DNA of 44,760 bases, taken from the NCBI GenBank assembly GCA_035503995.1, contig DATJSQ010000070.1, positions 1 through 44,760 on the forward strand. The letters are read 5' to 3'. Numbering within the stretch: position 1 is the stretch's first letter; each line of letters starts with the position of its first letter. The translations under genes were made by a program, and so were the position numbers. Below the pieces are notes generated by a model that worked only from the letters and a program-made list of their open reading frames with translations, was not told the DNA's origin and made no database searches. This DNA is from Verrucomicrobiia bacterium. Lineage in GTDB: Bacteria; Verrucomicrobiota; Verrucomicrobiia; Limisphaerales; UBA11358. This document shows, piece after piece, positions 1 through 9,169 of this stretch.

Positions 1-1
1 C

Positions 2-226
2 GATCTGGTTGCCCCCGGCGGGATTGCCCTGGTCTCCAATGTCCACGTCAACAATCCGTCCCGAGGCTGGATGGAATACATGGTGGACTGGAACTTGATC
101 TACCGCGACGCCACCCTGATGGACGAAATCATTTCACCGGACATTCCCAAAGATCAAATCCGGACCTTTGTCGAGGAAACCGGCGTTAATATATTCGCCG
201 AAATCCGCAAACCCGAAAATGCCTGA
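2..226 (+). CDS. 3' end of a SAM-dependent methyltransferase-like gene (partial, runs off the window start)
   Basis: Frame 2 is open from the window edge to TGA 224-226. The translation ...DLVAPGGIALVSNVHVNNPSRGWMEYMVDWNLIYRDATLMDEI... resembles the C-terminal part of class I SAM-MTase-fold proteins (from memory, not searched). Its stop overlaps ATG 219 of the next gene (ATGCCTGA). Confidence 0.45.
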   Translation, partial: DLVAPGGIALVSNVHVNNPSRGWMEYMVDWNLIYRDATLMDEIISPDIPKDQIRTFVEETGVNIFAEIRKPENA

Positions 227-2903
227 ACTCCAAGCCCCAATTTCAAATGAGATCCAGCAGGCGTTTTCAAAAAACGAACTGGCCGTCTGGGTAAGGAATT
301 TTCGCACCGCCTCCCTCCTGGCATTCCTGTTCATGCCCGCCGGTGCGACCTTGGACCGGGCGGTTTATCCAAATTACTGGAGAGAGTTTTTTGCCCTCCG
401 GCTCGCCTGCTCCGGCACGTTGCTGTTCCTGTGGTGGCTGGTTAAAACCCCGATCGGTCTCCGGTGTTATCGGTTCCTCGGCTGGCTGATGCCAGCGATG
501 CCCACGGCCTTGATGTCGTATATGATTTATGCCACCGATGGCAGCGACTCTCCCTATTATGCCGGTTTGAATTTGGTATTGTTAGGCGCCGCAATGCTTC
601 TCCGCTGGACTCTTTTGGACAGCATCATCATATTCCTCGAAGTTTTGGTCATGTATTTGCTGGCCTGTTTTTTCCACGGACCCATTCACAGTCAGGGAAT
701 GTTTTTTAACAATCTCTATTTTATTTTTGTTACCGGAGTCTTTGTCATCTTCGGCAGCTATTTTTACAACCAATTGCGGTTTCGCGAATTTGCGTTTCGT
801 TTTGAACTGGACAAAAACAAAAGCGAATTGGAAGAAACCAATCGCAAGCTGGTCGAACTCGACCAGATCAAGAGCCGCTTCTTTGCCAATATCAGCCACG
901 AAATGCGCACACCACTGACTCTGCTTCTCGGCCCGTTGGAAACACTGATGCAACGATTTAAGGATTCCTTCGACGAGCATTCGCATGATCTCCTGGCCAC
1001 CATGCACGCCAACGGCATGAGACTCCTGAAACTGATTAACGATTTGCTCGACCTCATCCGCATGGAAGCCGGCCGCATGGACATCAAACACGAGCCTCTT
1101 GTGGTTGGCGCTTTCATCAAAGGCCTGGCCAGCGCGATCCGCCAAGTTGCCTTGAACAAACACGTCACGGTCGAAACGGAGGTGGATCCGCAATTGACCG
1201 CGATTCTGGCCGACCGCGACAGGCTCGAAAAAATCCTCCTTAACCTGCTCTTTAACGCGTTGAAATTCACGCCTGAGGGCGGCAGTGTCCGGCTCCAAAT
1301 TGAAAAGCAAAAAAACGAATTGGTGCTGATCGTCAGCGACACCGGCATCGGCATCGCCGAAAAGAATTTGCCGTTTATTTTTGACCGCTTTTGGCAGGCG
1401 GACAGTTCGTCCCGCCGGAAATACGCCGGGGTGGGCATCGGTTTGGCGCTGGTGAAAGAACTGACCGAAATGATGGGAGGGAGCGTCAAAGTGAAAAGCA
1501 CGGAAGGCAAAGGCACCACCTTCACAGTGCGATTGCCTTGCGAGCTCTGCGCGATGCCGGCCAAACCGCAGATTTCAGGGCCTTTGCCCGCCGGTGGGGC
1601 CGCTGAAGCTTCCGACGAATGGCTTGCCAATTTGTATCGCCGCGCCGAATTATTCCCCGCCGTTACCGCCATACGCGGCAAAGCGCCCCCGGCGAATCTG
1701 GCTGGACGGCGCGCCGTGGTGCTGGTCGCCGACGACGAGCCGGACATGCGCCGCTATTTGAAATCGGAATTGGACGCCGATTACGACGTTCTCGAGGCGG
1801 AAGACGGCTTGGAGGCGCTGGACAAGGCCGCCGGATTTCTGCCGGACATAATTTTGCTGGACATGATGATGCCGCAAATGGACGGCCTGGATGCCTGCCG
1901 CGAATTGCGACGACGCGAGCAAACCATGAACATACCCATCATTCTGCTTACGGCCCGCGCCGACGAAGAAACCAAATTTGACGCGCTGGAAATCGGCGCG
2001 AATGACTTCCTGGCCAAGCCATTCTCTTCAACCGAATTGCAGGCCCGCATCAAAAATCTCATCGAGTCTCATCATTACCAGCGCAATTTGTCCAAACAAA
2101 ACGTCGCCCTCACCTCGGCCATCGAGCAAATCAAGGAAACCGAAATGCAACTGGTGCAATCGGAAAAACTCGCGTCGCTCGGTCGCATGAGCGCCGGCAT
2201 CATCCATGAAATCAACAACCCGTTGAATTACACCCTCACCGGCCTTTTTTCCCTCCGAAACAAGGGCAAGCTGCTGGCCCCCGACCAGCGGGCCGAGTAC
2301 GACGAGATCCTCAATGATGTCGAAGAAGGTGTCAAACGCGTGCGTAATATCGTCTCGGACCTGCGCGCCTTCACTCACCCCGGCGGCGGTGGGGGCGAAA
2401 TGGTGGACGTGGGCGACGCCGTGGATGCCGCGCTTCGATTTTTGGCTGGCGAATGGAAAGGGAAAGTCCATATTGAAAAAGATCTGGCCGCGCATCTGGC
2501 CGTGTGGGCGAACCGCAATAAACTGGTTCATGTCCTGGTCAACCTTCTCCAGAATTCGATTGATGCGCTGGCTGAGAAAAATTTCAGCGGCGGCGCGCAA
2601 CGGACCATCTGGATTGAAGGCCGCACGGAAGGGGACCGGGGCGTGATTGTCGTTCGTGACAATGGCCCGGGCATTGCGCCACAAGTGGCGGATAAAATTT
2701 TTGATCCGTTCTTTACGACGAAGGACGTGGGAAAGGGCATGGGACTGGGCTTGAGTATTTGTTACCGGATATTGCATGGTTATGGCGGAACAATTTCGGT
2801 GAAGAGCGAACCTGGCAAAAATTGCCAATTTACCCTCGAATTGCCGGTAAAGGAAATTCCGGCGGAAATGGAAGAACAAAATGGACAACTTTTACGACTA
2901 TAA
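219..2903 (+). CDS. Hybrid sensor histidine kinase with two kinase cores: multi-TM N-terminus, HisKA-HATPase, REC, second HisKA-HATPase
   Basis: ORF 168-2903; ATG 219 preferred because it follows the upstream stop. First core: H-box FFANISHEMRTPL, N-box LLNLLFNALKFT, G1 DTGIGI, G2 GVGIGLALV. REC: VLVADDEPDMRRYL...LLDMMMPQMDG...AKPF. Second core: H-box GIIHEINNPLNY, N-box LVNLLQNSIDAL, G1 DNGPGI, FDPFFTTK, G2 GMGLGLSI. Confidence 0.9.
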   Translation: MPELQAPISNEIQQAFSKNELAVWVRNFRTASLLAFLFMPAGATLDRAVYPNYWREFFALRLACSGTLLFLWWLVKTPIGLRCYRFLGWLMPAMPTALMSYMIYATDGSDSPYYAGLNLVLLGAAMLLRWTLLDSIIIFLEVLVMYLLACFFHGPIHSQGMFFNNLYFIFVTGVFVIFGSYFYNQLRFREFAFRFELDKNKSELEETNRKLVELDQIKSRFFANISHEMRTPLTLLLGPLETLMQRFKDSFDEHSHDLLATMHANGMRLLKLINDLLDLIRMEAGRMDIKHEPLVVGAFIKGLASAIRQVALNKHVTVETEVDPQLTAILADRDRLEKILLNLLFNALKFTPEGGSVRLQIEKQKNELVLIVSDTGIGIAEKNLPFIFDRFWQADSSSRRKYAGVGIGLALVKELTEMMGGSVKVKSTEGKGTTFTVRLPCELCAMPAKPQISGPLPAGGAAEASDEWLANLYRRAELFPAVTAIRGKAPPANLAGRRAVVLVADDEPDMRRYLKSELDADYDVLEAEDGLEALDKAAGFLPDIILLDMMMPQMDGLDACRELRRREQTMNIPIILLTARADEETKFDALEIGANDFLAKPFSSTELQARIKNLIESHHYQRNLSKQNVALTSAIEQIKETEMQLVQSEKLASLGRMSAGIIHEINNPLNYTLTGLFSLRNKGKLLAPDQRAEYDEILNDVEEGVKRVRNIVSDLRAFTHPGGGGGEMVDVGDAVDAALRFLAGEWKGKVHIEKDLAAHLAVWANRNKLVHVLVNLLQNSIDALAEKNFSGGAQRTIWIEGRTEGDRGVIVVRDNGPGIAPQVADKIFDPFFTTKDVGKGMGLGLSICYRILHGYGGTISVKSEPGKNCQFTLELPVKEIPAEMEEQNGQLLRL

Positions 2904-4140
2904 AAAATTTGCCATCCTTTACGTGGATGACGAGGAAAAATCGCTGTCGAATTTTTCGCGCGCGTTTGGCCAGGAATTCCGCGTCTTTACCGCGGCTACG
3001 GCCCAGGCCGGCTTCGCCCTGCTTCAAAAAAATGCCGACGAACTCGGTCTGCTGATGACTGACCAACGGATGCCGGGCGAAAAGGGCGTCTGGCTCTTGG
3101 AAAAGGCGCGGAACTTCCGCCCTAATATCCTGCGGGTCCTTGTGACCGCTTATTCGGACATGGACGCGGCCATTGCCGCCGTCAACAGCGGCGCCATTTA
3201 CAAATATGTCACCAAACCATGGGACCCGCCCCAACTGGAATTGACCCTCCGCCAGGGTCTGGAGTTCTTTATGGTGCAGACTGAACGCGACCAGTTGTTA
3301 CGTGAAAAAATGTCCGTGCTGCGCAACATGTTGATCGCCGACCGTGTTGTCAGCCTCGGTTTGCTCGCCGCCGGCTTGAGCCATCAGATTCGCAATTCCC
3401 TCGTCGCCGTGAAAACCTTTCTCGATCTGGCGCCAAAAAAAATGGCCGAGGAGCGCGCCAGCGCCAACGGCCTGCGCAATCCCGATTTTTGGAAGGATTA
3501 CCATCAGAACGTCCAGTCCCAAATTGAAAAAATCAACGGCTTGCTCAAGGACTTGTGGACCGCCTCGGAAAATTCCGCCACGCCGTTCGCCGATGAAATC
3601 TCGTTGCGCGACGTGCTCGTCGAAACACTCGAAGGCTTCCGCGAGCAATTTGCCAGCCGGCGGCTTGTGGTGGAACTGCACGTTCCGGAGTCGTTGCCCA
3701 AGCTGAGGGTGGACAAGGCCAAATTCAGACGGTTGTTTGAATTGATTCTCAAAGAGGAATTGGCCACCTTGCCGGCTGGCTGCAAAATTGCTTTTGCCGC
3801 CGAATTGCAAGGCGGCGCCAAACCGGAAATTCTCGTCAAAATCAGCGACAATGGCCCCGGCCTGCCTCCCGACGCCTTGCGCGTCGTCTTCGATCCTTTC
3901 GTGGTCAGCGAATCCGTTCCCAGCGAATATGGCATTAATTTAATGGCCTGTTTTTTCATCGTTCATCATCACGGTGGGAGCATTGACGCCAAGAGTTCGC
4001 CCGGGGGCGGCACCAATTTCAGGATTCGCCTGCCACTGCACCCGGAACGCGCCGCCGTGGAAACTCCAAACCAGGATGATTTTTTGCAAAAGGCGCTGCT
4101 GAACGAAGACCTATGGAAAAAACTGACCTCCGGCAGTTAA
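2881..4140 (+). CDS. Response-regulator receiver fused to a histidine-kinase-like module with a degenerate ATP-binding domain
   Basis: ATG 2881 overlaps the upstream gene by 23 nt. REC: ILYVDDEEKSL...LLMTDQRMPGEKG...TKPWD. H-box: AAGLSHQIRNSL. G1 DNGPGL is present, but the N-box Asn is not evident (ELILKEELATL) and the G2 region reads SEYGINLMACFF instead of GxGxGL. Confidence 0.85.
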   Translation: MDNFYDYKKFAILYVDDEEKSLSNFSRAFGQEFRVFTAATAQAGFALLQKNADELGLLMTDQRMPGEKGVWLLEKARNFRPNILRVLVTAYSDMDAAIAAVNSGAIYKYVTKPWDPPQLELTLRQGLEFFMVQTERDQLLREKMSVLRNMLIADRVVSLGLLAAGLSHQIRNSLVAVKTFLDLAPKKMAEERASANGLRNPDFWKDYHQNVQSQIEKINGLLKDLWTASENSATPFADEISLRDVLVETLEGFREQFASRRLVVELHVPESLPKLRVDKAKFRRLFELILKEELATLPAGCKIAFAAELQGGAKPEILVKISDNGPGLPPDALRVVFDPFVVSESVPSEYGINLMACFFIVHHHGGSIDAKSSPGGGTNFRIRLPLHPERAAVETPNQDDFLQKALLNEDLWKKLTSGS

Positions 4141-4191
4141 ACCGGGTCGGGTTGAAGGACCGGAAAGCCCTTGCCGTAAATTCAACAATAC

Positions 4192-5292
4192 TTGCCCCAC
4201 CCGCGCCGCGCCGAATACCCTGTGCGAGTGCGGTTGCTTGACCGATATCTGCTCCGTGAATTGCTCTCGCCTCTGGCTTATTGCCTCGGGGGATTTCTCA
4301 TTTTCTGGATTTCCTGGAACCTCTTCAGTGATTTGGACAAATTGCAGGCCGCCAAATTGCATTTGTTGGACATAGTCGAGTATTCCATCGCCATGACACC
4401 GGATTTTCTCGCGACCATTTTGCCGATTGTCCTGTTGCTCGCGCTGCTTTACACGCTCACCCACCACGCGCGGCACAATGAAATCACCGCCATGCGCGCC
4501 GCGGGCATCAGCCTGTGGCGGATTTGTGCGCCCTATGTTATCGTCGGGATTCTTGCCGGAATCGCGCTATTTGGATTGAACGAATTCTGTGTGCCCCGCA
4601 GCGCCGATTGGGCCGACCGGATCTTGAATCGCCACACTCCCCGGCAAACCACCGCCCCGGAACAGGAAGGTTTTGAAAATGGACCCGCCAATCGGACCTG
4701 GTACTTTCAGAAATCTGATTTCCGAAAAGGTGAATTGGACGGCGTCAAGGTTGTCGTTTCGACGAACGACTGGCGCCTGGACGCCGACCGCGCCCTCTAC
4801 ACCAACGGTTTCTGGACTTTCTTTAACGTGACGGAATTCGGCCAAACGCTGTTGCTTACAACCAATGTTCTGAGGATGCCGCAATTCACCGAAACGCCGC
4901 GGGAAATGAAAATTCAGTGGAAAATCGGCGAATACGAACGGCTCGGCTCACGCAAAACCGTCGTGCCGTTGCTGGATATCTTGAATTATCTGCGGATGCG
5001 CTCCGGCGCCGACTCGCCGTGGTTGCAAACCCAGTTGCAGGAGCATTTCGCCGCGCCCGTCACCTGCCTCGTGGTTGTTCTCATCGCCATTCCCTTCGGC
5101 GCCGGCTCCGGTCGCCGCAATTTATTTTTCGGCGTCGCCGGCAGCATCTTTATCTGTTTTGCTTATATCGTGATTCAAAAAGTGAGCATTGCCTTTGGCC
5201 AGGGCGGGCACCTCCCTCCGTGGCTCGCCGTCTGGCTGCCTAACTTTCTCTTCGGCACAACCGGAATCATTTTAACGAGTCGTGTCCGTTGA
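4192..5292 (+). CDS. LptF/LptG (YjgP/YjgQ) family permease
   Basis: 366-aa ORF. N-terminus ..LLDRYLLRELLSPL.., multiple hydrophobic segments, and a central soluble loop between TM3 and TM4, typical of the LPS export permease family. Start is uncertain (TTG 4192, or an in-frame GTG a few codons later). Confidence 0.8.
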   Translation: MPHPRRAEYPVRVRLLDRYLLRELLSPLAYCLGGFLIFWISWNLFSDLDKLQAAKLHLLDIVEYSIAMTPDFLATILPIVLLLALLYTLTHHARHNEITAMRAAGISLWRICAPYVIVGILAGIALFGLNEFCVPRSADWADRILNRHTPRQTTAPEQEGFENGPANRTWYFQKSDFRKGELDGVKVVVSTNDWRLDADRALYTNGFWTFFNVTEFGQTLLLTTNVLRMPQFTETPREMKIQWKIGEYERLGSRKTVVPLLDILNYLRMRSGADSPWLQTQLQEHFAAPVTCLVVVLIAIPFGAGSGRRNLFFGVAGSIFICFAYIVIQKVSIAFGQGGHLPPWLAVWLPNFLFGTTGIILTSRVR

Positions 5293-5301
5293 TTTAATCA
5301 C

Positions 5302-7011
5302 GTGAATGATGAACTGGAAAAAATAAAATCACGCCACACGCGGTTGCAATTGCTCTACCAGGTGAGCAATGTGATTCATTCAACGCTGGAACCACAGGAG
5401 GCATTGCAGCTCATCCTGCACGAGGCGGTGCGCTTGATGAATGCCACCAGTGGTTCGGTCGTCCTCATCAATCCCACCACCAACTTCCTCGAAATTCATG
5501 CCTCCGAAAACCTGCCCGCCGCCGCCGCCAAATTGACATTGCGCGTCGGCGAAGGCATCACGGGCTGGGTCGCCCGTCATGGCAAACCCGCCCGGGTCGG
5601 TGACGTCCGCCATGACGAGCGCTACGTCGCCGCGCGCCGGGGCGTGAGGTCCGAATTGGCCGTGCCCTTGGAGGTCAACGGCGAAATTCGTGGCGTGCTC
5701 AACGTGGATTCGGACCGGGCCGACGCCTTCAGCCCCGAAGACCAGGAATTGCTCCAGGAGCTATCCGTTCAAGGGGCCAGGGTCATCCGCAACACCTGGC
5801 TCTTTGAACAATTGCGGTTGAAAGCCCGGCTGTTTGAGTCGCTCGCCGCGGTCAGCCGCGCGATCAATTCCACCTTGCATGTGGACGAGGCCCTGCGCGC
5901 CATCACCCGTGAAGCCTGTGAACTGATGCGGGCGCGCATGTGCTCGTTGATGATGCTGGATGATTCACGCGAATGGCTGGATTTGCGGGCCAGTCACGGC
6001 GCCGGGGCGGCCTATCTCAAAAAGCCGCGCTTGAGCGCCCAGGAAAGTTTTCTGGGAGTCGTGGTGCGCCGGAAAAAACCCATGCAATTGGAAAATGTCC
6101 AGACCTCGAACCGGTATCAAAACGTTGACATGGCCCGCCGCGAAGGTCTGATATCCCTGTTGAGCGTGCCGTTGCTCTTCGCCGGCGATGCGATTGGCGC
6201 CTTGAATGTTTATACCGGCCAACCCTATCATTTTTCCAACGAGGAAATCCGCATTCTGAGCGCCCTCGCGGAATTGTCGGCAATCGCCATTGAAAAGGCC
6301 CGGCTGTACGAGCGCATCGTGGACGTTGAGGAACAATTGCGGCAAAACGAAAAACTGTCCGCCCTTGGCCTGCTCGCGGCCGAAGTCGCCCATGAAATCC
6401 GCAATCCGCTTACGGTGATGAAATTACTGTATCACTCGTTGCAATTAAAGTTTCCAGAGGGCGATCCCCGCGCCAAAGACGCCCAAATTATCGATGGTAA
6501 AATCGAGCATTTGAATAAAATCGTCGAACAGATTCTGGATTTTGCGCGCACCACCGAGCCGAAACTCGCGTCCGTCAGTCTGAATGAATTGATTGACGAA
6601 CTCAGCCTGCTCGTTCGCCATAAATTGGCCAACCAAAATGTCACGATGCACCTGCAATTGCAGCCGGATCTGCCCGCGGTGTCGGGCGATGCCGGGCAAT
6701 TGGAACAGGCCTTCTTGAATTTGATTCTCAACGCCGCCGAAGCCATGCCGGATGGCGGAACCCTTGCCATCAAATCGCGTGTCGTATCTCCCGCGCAGGT
6801 TGCCGTCGAATTTAAAGATACCGGCCCCGGCATGAGCAAGGAGTCACAGCGCCGCGCCTTTACCGTCGTGTTGCGCACGACGAAAACCACCGGGACCGGC
6901 CTCGGGCTGGCCATCGTCGGCAGAATTATTGAAACGCACCACGGCAACATCCGTATCGAATCCCGCCCCGGCCGCGGCACGAACATTATCATCACCCTGC
7001 CGGTCAAGTAG
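5302..7011 (+). CDS. GAF-GAF sensor histidine kinase
   Basis: GTG start. Two GAF-like modules (..GEGITGWVARHGKPARVGDV..; ..SLLSVPLLFAGDAIGALNVYT..). H-box AAEVAHEIRNPL, N-box LNLILNAAEAM, G1 DTGPGM, G2 GTGLGLAIV. Confidence 0.9.
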   Translation: MNDELEKIKSRHTRLQLLYQVSNVIHSTLEPQEALQLILHEAVRLMNATSGSVVLINPTTNFLEIHASENLPAAAAKLTLRVGEGITGWVARHGKPARVGDVRHDERYVAARRGVRSELAVPLEVNGEIRGVLNVDSDRADAFSPEDQELLQELSVQGARVIRNTWLFEQLRLKARLFESLAAVSRAINSTLHVDEALRAITREACELMRARMCSLMMLDDSREWLDLRASHGAGAAYLKKPRLSAQESFLGVVVRRKKPMQLENVQTSNRYQNVDMARREGLISLLSVPLLFAGDAIGALNVYTGQPYHFSNEEIRILSALAELSAIAIEKARLYERIVDVEEQLRQNEKLSALGLLAAEVAHEIRNPLTVMKLLYHSLQLKFPEGDPRAKDAQIIDGKIEHLNKIVEQILDFARTTEPKLASVSLNELIDELSLLVRHKLANQNVTMHLQLQPDLPAVSGDAGQLEQAFLNLILNAAEAMPDGGTLAIKSRVVSPAQVAVEFKDTGPGMSKESQRRAFTVVLRTTKTTGTGLGLAIVGRIIETHHGNIRIESRPGRGTNIIITLPVK

Positions 7012-7021
7012 CCGGTTTTTC

Positions 7022-8191
7022 CTACGCCGTCGCCAGATTGTCTTCCAGCATTTTCGAGCGCGCGGAATTTTCCGGAGGTTCGGGCATGGGCGCATTTTCC
7101 AAAATTTTTATCGGCGCGTAAAACGTGTCGCGCTGGACCGGCGTGCGGCGGGCCTCCCGGATGGCTTTAAGCATGTCTGCTTCGGTCTGCAATTGCGGCG
7201 CGGTGGCGCCCGCCATGTGAAAAATGTGTTCCTCGATAATGGTGCCGTGCAAATCGTCAGCGCCATAGCTCAATGCCACTTGCGCCAGTTTCAGCCCCAG
7301 GCCAATCCAATAAGCCGTGATGTGGTCAAAGTTGTCGAGATAGACACGGCTCACAGCAATGGTGCGGAGAGAATCAAAGCCGGTGGGCGGATGCGCGACG
7401 GGAATGTCGTTGTTTTCGGGATGATACGCCAGCGGCACAAAGCCGACGAAACCGCGTGTCTCGTCCTGCAGCGCGCGCAATTGACGAAGATGGTCCACGC
7501 GGTCGGCCAGGCTCTCGACATGGCCGTAGAGCATGGTGCAGGTGCTGCGACCGCCGAGTTTGTGCCAGGTGCGGTGGACATCCAGATATTCCCCGGCAGA
7601 TTCCTTGCCGCGGGCGATGGCGCTGCGCACCTCTTTCCGAAAAATTTCCGCGCCGCCGCCGGTGAGCGATTCCAGCCCGGCTTCCTTCAATTCAATTAAA
7701 GTTTGCAGGACGGATTTTTTGGCCAGCCAGGCTAAATGCAGGATTTCAATGGCGGTAAAGCATTTCAGTTGCAGCCGGGGGTCCAGCGCCTTGAGCTCTT
7801 TGAGCATGTTCGTGTAGTAACTGAACGGCAGGGACGGATGTAATCCGCCGACAATATGCAGTTCAGTGATGCCGAGCTTGAGCGCCTCCCGCGCCTTCCC
7901 GACAATTTCCGCGGTGGTGAATTGAAAACCGTCGGCATCGCGTTTCTTGCGGGCAAACGAGCAGAACTGGCATGACAGAATGCAGTAATTCGAATAATTG
8001 ATGTAACGATTGACGATGTAACTGGCGCGGTTGCCAACTTTCCTTTGCCGGGCAAAATCGGCAATGGCGCCGACGGTGTTCAGGTCTTTAGATTCAAACA
8101 ACCGCAGGGCGTCGGCGTCGGAGATGCGTTCGCCGGCGGCCACCTTATCGTAAATATCGCACAACTCGCTGCGCTGAATGAAAAAATCCAT
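7022..8191 (-). CDS. mqnE: Radical SAM aminofutalosine synthase (MqnE-type; MqnC not fully excluded)
   Basis: CxxxCxxC cluster motif NYCILSCQFCSF. The blocks ELHIVGGLHPSLPFSYY, CFTAIEILH, AGLESLTGGGAEIF, CTMLYGHVE and LQDETRGF match my recollection of MqnE better than MqnC. ATG 8191 preferred over TTG 8200. Confidence 0.75.
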   Translation of the reverse strand: MDFFIQRSELCDIYDKVAAGERISDADALRLFESKDLNTVGAIADFARQRKVGNRASYIVNRYINYSNYCILSCQFCSFARKKRDADGFQFTTAEIVGKAREALKLGITELHIVGGLHPSLPFSYYTNMLKELKALDPRLQLKCFTAIEILHLAWLAKKSVLQTLIELKEAGLESLTGGGAEIFRKEVRSAIARGKESAGEYLDVHRTWHKLGGRSTCTMLYGHVESLADRVDHLRQLRALQDETRGFVGFVPLAYHPENNDIPVAHPPTGFDSLRTIAVSRVYLDNFDHITAYWIGLGLKLAQVALSYGADDLHGTIIEEHIFHMAGATAPQLQTEADMLKAIREARRTPVQRDTFYAPIKILENAPMPEPPENSARSKMLEDNLATA

Positions 8192-8261
8192 CGCCCCCAA
8201 TAAAGCAGTTTTTGCGCGTTAAGGCAAATCGGGATTGTTCAAAGCCGGGTTGGATTCACCG

Positions 8262-9158
8262 TTATCGCAATTGAAATCCGCCATTAAAAATGACTTCCGC
8301 GGCGACAACGACCAGGAAAACCGTGCTGACGAGTGCGTTCAGGCGAAAGAACGCCAGATTGATCCAGTCCAGGCTGCGGCGGCGGGCAATCCAGTGTTCC
8401 ACCATGAGGCAACCCACGATGATAAACCAGCCAAGAAGATAAATATAATGGAAACGGCACAGGATGCCGAAGGCAAAGAGCAATCCGCACATGAACATGT
8501 GCGCAAGAAATGCCGCGGCCACCGCATTTTTCTGCCCCCACGCCACCACCAACGAGCGCAGCCCATGCGCCTTGTCAAAATCATAATCCTGCAGCGCGTA
8601 AATTATATCGAACCCGACCAGCCATAAAACGACCGCCATCGCCAGAATCGTCATTTGCAAAATCTCCAGATTTGAAATTCGCCCGCCCTTCACGGCGAGC
8701 CACGCCCCGACTGGCGCAAGAGCGAGTGAGATGCCGAGAAAAACATGCGTGTAATTCGTGAACCGTTTCGTCAGCGAATAAAAACAAATCACCACCAGCG
8801 CGACGGGTGACAGATAAAAGCAAAGGGGGTTTAGGCAATAGCTGGCGACAATCAAACCAGCGCCGGAACCGGCCCATAGCAGAATCGCGCCGGCCAGGGA
8901 AATTTGTCCGGTTGGCAAGTGGCGGTTCCTGGTCCGCGGATTTAGCGCGTCAAATTTGCGATCAACGATGCGATTGAACGCCATCGCACAGGTGCGCGCG
9001 CAGACCATCGCGGCGAGAATCAGCCCGAAAATTCTCCAGCCCGGCCAACCCCGGTTCTGTCGGGCGGCAACGAGCATCGCCGCCAGGGCAAACGGCAATG
9101 CAAAAACGGTGTGCGAGAAGCGGACGAAGCTTCCCCACTTTTTAACTAATGAAAACAT
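8262..9158 (-). CDS. UbiA-family polyprenyltransferase, probably the futalosine-pathway prenyltransferase (MqnP-like)
   Basis: 298-aa polytopic membrane protein with the Asp-rich motif NRIVDRKFDALNPRT. Flanked by ubiX upstream and mqnE downstream on the same strand. Confidence 0.8.
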   Translation of the reverse strand: MFSLVKKWGSFVRFSHTVFALPFALAAMLVAARQNRGWPGWRIFGLILAAMVCARTCAMAFNRIVDRKFDALNPRTRNRHLPTGQISLAGAILLWAGSGAGLIVASYCLNPLCFYLSPVALVVICFYSLTKRFTNYTHVFLGISLALAPVGAWLAVKGGRISNLEILQMTILAMAVVLWLVGFDIIYALQDYDFDKAHGLRSLVVAWGQKNAVAAAFLAHMFMCGLLFAFGILCRFHYIYLLGWFIIVGCLMVEHWIARRRSLDWINLAFFRLNALVSTVFLVVVAAEVIFNGGFQLR

Positions 9159-9169
9159 TCACTCAACTT

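Noticed and set aside
582-1747. Two long minus-strand ORFs (242 and 327 aa)
   Set aside because: Both are antisense to the first kinase core of the hybrid sensor kinase. They are shadow ORFs.
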